NCBI GenBank assembly: GCA_015486135.1
Contig: WFSE01000044.1
Coordinates: forward strand, 1-60,898
From: Lentisphaeria bacterium
GTDB lineage: Bacteria > Verrucomicrobiota > Lentisphaeria > Victivallales > JAADHT01
Reading direction: 5' to 3'
Length of the DNA stretch: 60,898 bases
Both the position numbers and the translations under genes were made by a program. A model generated the notes under the pieces. The model was not told the origin of the DNA. It worked only from the letters and a program-made list of their open reading frames with translations, and did no database searches. Numbering within the stretch: the stretch's first letter is position 1; every line of letters starts with the position of its first letter. Positions 56,652-60,898 of the stretch are shown one piece after another.

Positions 56652-57110
56652 TCATAGATACCCCGTGCCCCCGCATGTGTCGCATAGTTCGTCCGCGGTG
56701 CCGGGGTCGCCGTCAAACATGTCTATGTCGTCGACAGCGTAGCCTGTTCCCCCGCAAAACGGACATTCCGTACGGTCATCCCCAGACCCACAAGATTCAT
56801 CGTAGTCATCGTCCTCCTCTTCCTCGTCGTCGTCATAATAGTAGTACGCTCCGCGCTGGGGCAAGGAGGCAATATCCTCTTGACGGCGTTGCCGCGCCCT
56901 TTCTTCCTGCTCCGCCTGCCATAGCCGTTCCTCCGCTTCTCTCTCTCGCCGGGCCTTAGCGTTCCCGATCAAAATCGCGACGCTCGCGAACATTAGCAGG
57001 CCGAAAACGATGAAAACAACAATCAACGGTGAGAGGATAATCAACAGCCAAATAAAAAACAATCCCTTCAGCGCTTCCAGCATCCCGTTCACCATGTTTG
57101 GAGGCAACAT
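56652..57110 (-). CDS. small membrane protein with coiled-coil, poly-acidic tract and two CxxCGGTGY (DnaJ-type zinc-finger-like) motifs
   Basis: Start set at the ATG at 57110, because the upstream part of the ORF is repeat A12. Two TM helices, then REREAEERLWQAEQEERARQRRQ, YYYYDDDEEEEDDDYDE, and CPFCGGTGY and CDTCGGTGY. Confidence 0.55.
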   Translation of the reverse strand: MLPPNMVNGMLEALKGLFFIWLLIILSPLIVVFIVFGLLMFASVAILIGNAKARREREAEERLWQAEQEERARQRRQEDIASLPQRGAYYYYDDDEEEEDDDYDESCGSGDDRTECPFCGGTGYAVDDIDMFDGDPGTADELCDTCGGTGYL

Positions 57111-57117
57111 TGCGGAA

Positions 57118-57296
57118 AAATCAACCCAATAACAATAAAGCACTTGCCAATTCCGCGAAAGCCGATAATGGGCCATTGGCGGCGTTAATCTCACCTCGGA
57201 GTATGCCTATACGCCGTCGGTTCATTGCCTAGCTACTAACCCATTCTCGACTTTTTCAGCAAGCCCTGGGTATCAGGCAACGTGCGGAACCAATCC
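57118..57296. repeat. repeat cluster: family-A terminus (57118-57163), family B reverse (57223-57266), family D (57268-57296)
   Basis: TCAACCCAATAACAATAAAGCACTTGCCAATTCCGCGAAAGCC; CATTGCCTAGCTACTAACCCATTCTCGACTTTTTCAGCAAGCCC; GGGTATCAGGCAACGTGCGGAACCAATCCC. Confidence 0.7.
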
Positions 57297-57337
57297 CAAA
57301 TATCCTGCCATCGGCGGACAGCGGCTCTACAACCAGG

Positions 57338-58720
57338 TCAAGGCATCTCGTATTCCTGCCCGGGATCAACTATCTCCACGGCTTTGACTCCAGCTTCGAG
57401 AAGAAGCCCCTTGAGATTTTCCAACGCCGATTCTTCTCCATGAACCAAGAAGATTTTCCGCAAACGATTCAGGTCGAACGTCCTCACATAGCGTAGAATC
57501 TCGTTGTAATCGGCGTGCGCGCTGAAGGTGTTCAGAATTTTTACCCGCGCCCGAAGCTTGTAAGGCTCCCCGAATATCTTTATCTCGGGGACACGGTCGG
57601 CTATCCGCCTTCCCAAGGTATGTGCCGCCATGAATCCCACAATCAATATGGTGTTGTTGGGATTCTCAACGTTGTTTTTCAAATGATGGAGAATACGTCC
57701 CGCCTCGCACATGCCACTGCTGGAGATGATGATGTGCGGTTTCTCTACCTCGTTTAGCTTTTTAGACTCCGCCACGCTAGTAGTGAAGTGGAGATTGTCG
57801 AACCCGAAGGGGTTGATATGCTCCTCCAGAAATATCTCCTGGATCTCCGGACCGTAACACTCTTGGTGGACACGGAAAATACTCGTGGCGTTCGTCGCCA
57901 TAGGACTATCGACGAATATCTCCAGTTCGGGTATTTTCTTCTCCAGCGTCAGTTTATGAAGGTAATAGACCAATTCCTGGGTCCTCTCCACGGCGAACGC
58001 CGGTATGATTATCTTCCCCCCGCGCTCGACGGTCGCGTTAACAACCTCCGCGAGCTCGTTCTCGGCATCCTCTATCGGGTCGTGCAACCGGTCGCCGTAA
58101 GTGCCTTCGCAGACTAGATAGTCCACATCGCCTATGGGTTGGGGATCGCGGATTATGGGCAATCCAGCGCGCCCCATATCTCCAGTGAACGCTATCTCCC
58201 GACCATCTTCGAGGCGGAAAACCGCCATCGCCGACCCTAGGATATGCCCGGCGTCGCGGAATTCGCACCTTACCCCGTCGGTGACCAGAAACGGACGCTT
58301 ATATCCCACGGTGACAAATTGATTCAAACTCTCGACGACTTCGCTTATTCCGTATAATGGCTGGAAGGGATGTCCAGGCTTTTTCTTGCGCAACCATTCG
58401 GCGTCCTTGGCTTGTATGTGGGCCGTGTCAGCCATAATCAAACCAGCGATGTCGCGGCAAGCCGGCGTGGAATGGATGTTTCCACTGAATCCGTTTGCGC
58501 AAAGCAAGGGCAATCGCCCGCAATGATCACAGTGTCCATGAGTGAGTATCACGGATTCCAAATCGGAGGGGGCGTACAAAAACTCGCGGTTTTTTCGCTC
58601 GGCATCCACGCGATGCCCTTGGAACATGCCGCAGTCAACGGCTATTTTCCTACCTCCAACATCTAAAATGTGGTTCGAACCCGTTACCTCGCGGGCCGCC
58701 CCGTACGATGTCAATTTCAT
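57338..58720 (-). CDS. MBL-fold beta-CASP family ribonuclease (RNA-metabolising metallo-beta-lactamase)
   Basis: MKLTSYGAAREVTGS, ILTHGHCDHCGRLP, beta-CASP region and C-terminal FSAHAD. Start at the ATG at 58720. Confidence 0.85.
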   Translation of the reverse strand: MKLTSYGAAREVTGSNHILDVGGRKIAVDCGMFQGHRVDAERKNREFLYAPSDLESVILTHGHCDHCGRLPLLCANGFSGNIHSTPACRDIAGLIMADTAHIQAKDAEWLRKKKPGHPFQPLYGISEVVESLNQFVTVGYKRPFLVTDGVRCEFRDAGHILGSAMAVFRLEDGREIAFTGDMGRAGLPIIRDPQPIGDVDYLVCEGTYGDRLHDPIEDAENELAEVVNATVERGGKIIIPAFAVERTQELVYYLHKLTLEKKIPELEIFVDSPMATNATSIFRVHQECYGPEIQEIFLEEHINPFGFDNLHFTTSVAESKKLNEVEKPHIIISSSGMCEAGRILHHLKNNVENPNNTILIVGFMAAHTLGRRIADRVPEIKIFGEPYKLRARVKILNTFSAHADYNEILRYVRTFDLNRLRKIFLVHGEESALENLKGLLLEAGVKAVEIVDPGQEYEMP

Positions 58721-59209
58721 ATAACCCCCATTTATTGATAACAACAGAGACTCCCCAAAAAACTACCCCGTGACAGCGCGCATTTCAACCGAGCGCACAA
58801 CATATGAGAAAAGGGAGAACCATTATTAACCCGTCCCTAACCCGCTTTCCGAAGACGTCCGCGCCTCCAGGGCCACTCGCCCCGCGCGATGGCCTACATG
58901 TGCGGAGCGAACGCATAAAATCAGATATGCGCGGGCGGACCGCGACCAGAGGAAGCCAAGACGCGAGTGGAGCCGAAGGGCGTGGCCGCGGCGGCGGACG
59001 CCGTCCGCGGAGGGACATGCTCGCTCCGCAAAGCCGACAGTCCAGCCGCCAGGCTACATCGGAGCGAGCCGGGCGAGCGGAGACGGAGGGGGCTTCCAGG
59101 CGGCTAAAAAGTAAAAAATCGGCCTCGAAAGTCTTAAATTAAGAATCCGCGGTTAACTTCCTTGCGCTAAGCTATATTTTGGGCCGTTTTTTGCAAGTAA
59201 TTGAATACA

Positions 59210-59299
59210 AATATGTCAAATTTAGCGGGGGCAGGCCCCGCAAGACACCGCAAGAAAGGAATATGTCAAATTTAGCGGGGGCAGGCCCCGCAAGAAAGG
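59210..59299. repeat. tandem duplication (50 + 40 bp) of the RHS gene 5' end, each copy with a GC hairpin
   Basis: ATATGTCAAATTTAGCGGGGGCAGGCCCCGCAAGA occurs at 59211 and 59261. Copy 1 carries an extra 10 nt (CACCGCAAGA), so its ATG (59213) runs into TAG after 20 codons. The copy-2 ATG (59263) opens the long frame. Confidence 0.9.
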
Positions 59300-60898
59300 C
59301 AACCGCCACCCGCCCCGGAGGCGCGACGATAGTGTCCGACAAGTACATCTGCGGATACCGAAAATCCACCACGGGAACCGCCGTCGTGCCGACGTTTGTC
59401 GATATCACGGTCAACTCCGACGGACTCTTCGAGGAAACCACCCACACCGCCGCGGACAACGGCCCCAGATACGTCAGAACCGTCAAGGACGGCCTAAAAC
59501 GCGTCGTCAAGACCGAATCCCCCGCCTTCGGCGGCGGAACCATCGTCTCCGTCAACTCCTACGACGACAAAGGCCGCCTGGTCAAAACATCCAGAACAGG
59601 ACTCGCGGACACCATATACGTCCACGACGACCTCGGAAACCTCGTCCGCTCCGGTCTCGATGTCAACGGCGACGGCGCCCTGAGCCCCGCCTCCATGGAC
59701 CGGATAACCGACTCCGAGACCATCTATTCCAGCGAGAACGGCGCCTGGTTCCAGGTCTCCACCTCCACAACCTATCCCAAGGACAACGACTCGACCGCCG
59801 TCACCACGTCCGTCTCCAAACGCCAGCTCACCAACCTACCTTCAGGCACAATTCAAAAAGTAATCAACACGGACGTGTTCGGCAACCAGACCGTCTCGAC
59901 CACCACCCTCGACCGCGACAACAAGACCGTAACCCAAACAACCGACGTACCCGACTCCACCGTCGACGCGGTTTCCACTACGGTCAACGGTCTTTTAACG
60001 TCTTCCACGACTCCTACGAACCTGACATACACCTACTCCTACGACGCCCTCGGAAGGCGCGTCGGCGTGACCGATCCCCGCGTCGGAACATCCACCACCG
60101 CCTACTACTCCTCGGGCGCGGGCAAGATAGGGAAAGTCCAGTCGCGAACCAACGCCAACGGCAATACCACCACCTTCGACTACGACCCGAACACGGGCTT
60201 GAGAACCAAAGTCACCAACGCCCTGGGCAAGGACACCATCTACGCCTACAACCTCCGCGGACAGGTGGAGACCGTCACGGGCGACGCCACGTATCCCATA
60301 GCCTACGTCTACGACTCCTACGGCGCCCTAGCCGAACTCCACACTTTCCGTAGCGTCGGGGTCGGGACCAGCACTTCTGACTCTAGTCAAAGTGCGGAAC
60401 TGACCCCAGACGCATCAGACATCACTACCTGGACCTACGACAACGCGACTGGTCTCCTCACCGCCAAGACGGACGCTAGCGGCAAGTCGGTGACATACAC
60501 CTACGACAACGCGAACAGATTAGCCACGAGAACTTGGGCGCGTGGAATCGCCACAACGTATTCATACAATCCATCCACTGGCGAGCTCGTTTCTGTTGAT
60601 TATTCAGACACAACTCCAGATATTTCATACACCTACAACAGGGTCGGTCAACAAAAGACCGTCGTCGACGCGGTGGGAACGAGGACGTTCGCGTACAACG
60701 ACAAAATGCAATTGACATCCGAGTCAATCAACGGTATATATAGTAAAGTCATCGAGAGGAGCTACTCCACCACTGGCTACAAGGGCAGGTACGTCGGGAT
60801 GAACATCGGCTCGGAATACGACGTGGACTACGGGTACGACGGCTACGGCAGGTTCTCCACCGTGGCTAGCGGGTCCGATGTCTTCGCATACAACTATC
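59263..60898 (+). CDS. RHS/YD-repeat protein, 5' partial (continues beyond window end)
   Basis: This frame is open from 59143 to the window end and is absent from the ORF track because it has no stop. It shows repeated YD motifs: SYDDKGRLV, YSYDALGRRV, FDYDPNTGL, YAYNLRGQV, YVYDSYGAL, WTYDNATGLL, YTYDNANRL, YTYNRVGQ, YGYDGYGRF. Start codon tentative. Confidence 0.8.
   Translation, partial: MSNLAGAGPARKATATRPGGATIVSDKYICGYRKSTTGTAVVPTFVDITVNSDGLFEETTHTAADNGPRYVRTVKDGLKRVVKTESPAFGGGTIVSVNSYDDKGRLVKTSRTGLADTIYVHDDLGNLVRSGLDVNGDGALSPASMDRITDSETIYSSENGAWFQVSTSTTYPKDNDSTAVTTSVSKRQLTNLPSGTIQKVINTDVFGNQTVSTTTLDRDNKTVTQTTDVPDSTVDAVSTTVNGLLTSSTTPTNLTYTYSYDALGRRVGVTDPRVGTSTTAYYSSGAGKIGKVQSRTNANGNTTTFDYDPNTGLRTKVTNALGKDTIYAYNLRGQVETVTGDATYPIAYVYDSYGALAELHTFRSVGVGTSTSDSSQSAELTPDASDITTWTYDNATGLLTAKTDASGKSVTYTYDNANRLATRTWARGIATTYSYNPSTGELVSVDYSDTTPDISYTYNRVGQQKTVVDAVGTRTFAYNDKMQLTSESINGIYSKVIERSYSTTGYKGRYVGMNIGSEYDVDYGYDGYGRFSTVASGSDVFAYNY

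Noticed and set aside
57111-57194. N-terminal extension of the zinc-knuckle membrane protein ORF
   Set aside because: It is encoded by the family-A repeat terminus (…NWQVLYCYWV… derives from CACTTGCCAATT/AACCCAATAACAATAA), so the start was moved to 57110.
58804-59142. 112-aa ORF (and the 77-aa minus-strand ORF at 58785-59018)
   Set aside because: The translations are Arg/Gly/Pro/Ser-rich (GRGRGGGRRPRR), typical of random frames in GC-rich non-coding DNA. No RBS or motif is present.
59172-59555. 127-aa minus-strand ORF
   Set aside because: It is antisense to the open YD-repeat frame that continues to the window end.

Overview
61-kb chromosomal segment from a moderately GC-rich, Gram-negative-type bacterium. 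It carries LpxL-type acyltransferase, LspA, a secretin-like protein and an exosortase-associated-type small protein; a PVC-group origin is only a low-confidence guess. About 50 protein-coding genes sit in short units, many translationally coupled through ATGA overlaps. Recognisable genes are truA, feoAB, a Mur ligase, dksA-like, lspA, an isochorismatase-family hydrolase, a GT2 glycosyltransferase, a GH29 fucosidase, panB, tilS, pepD, a DegT-type aminotransferase, hpf, folE, trpC, galE, yggS, fabF, a sensor kinase plus REC-HisKA hybrid, a membrane pyrophosphatase, MFS and sugar transporters, a URO-D-family enzyme and a beta-CASP RNase. The 5' part of an RHS/YD-repeat protein runs off the right edge. 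I saw no rRNA, tRNA, CRISPR array, transposase or integrase. Six things stand out. (1) A very dense network of short MITE-like interspersed repeats: about 12 copies of a ~145-bp TTGGCAAGTGC-terminated element plus several smaller families. They often start exactly on stop codons, one has a TAATGA flanking duplication and rewrites the TilS C-terminus, and one family sits in-frame inside the RHS gene. (2) An operon of three SPFH/HflKC-like proteins ending in a zinc-ribbon Ser/Thr kinase, divergent from a paralogous zinc-ribbon kinase. (3) A DA1-like metallopeptidase with four tandem zinc ribbons, translationally coupled to the Mur ligase. (4) An orphan ACP plus fused KS-CLF gene, and a second ACP coupled to trpC. 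(5) Degenerate proteins: a YchF without a P-loop, a NodB-like domain without catalytic residues, a K+ channel pore fragment, and a REC-HisKA with a decayed ATPase domain. (6) A candidate small RNA with a strong promoter and terminator. All calls rest on motif recognition by eye; no database searches were run.
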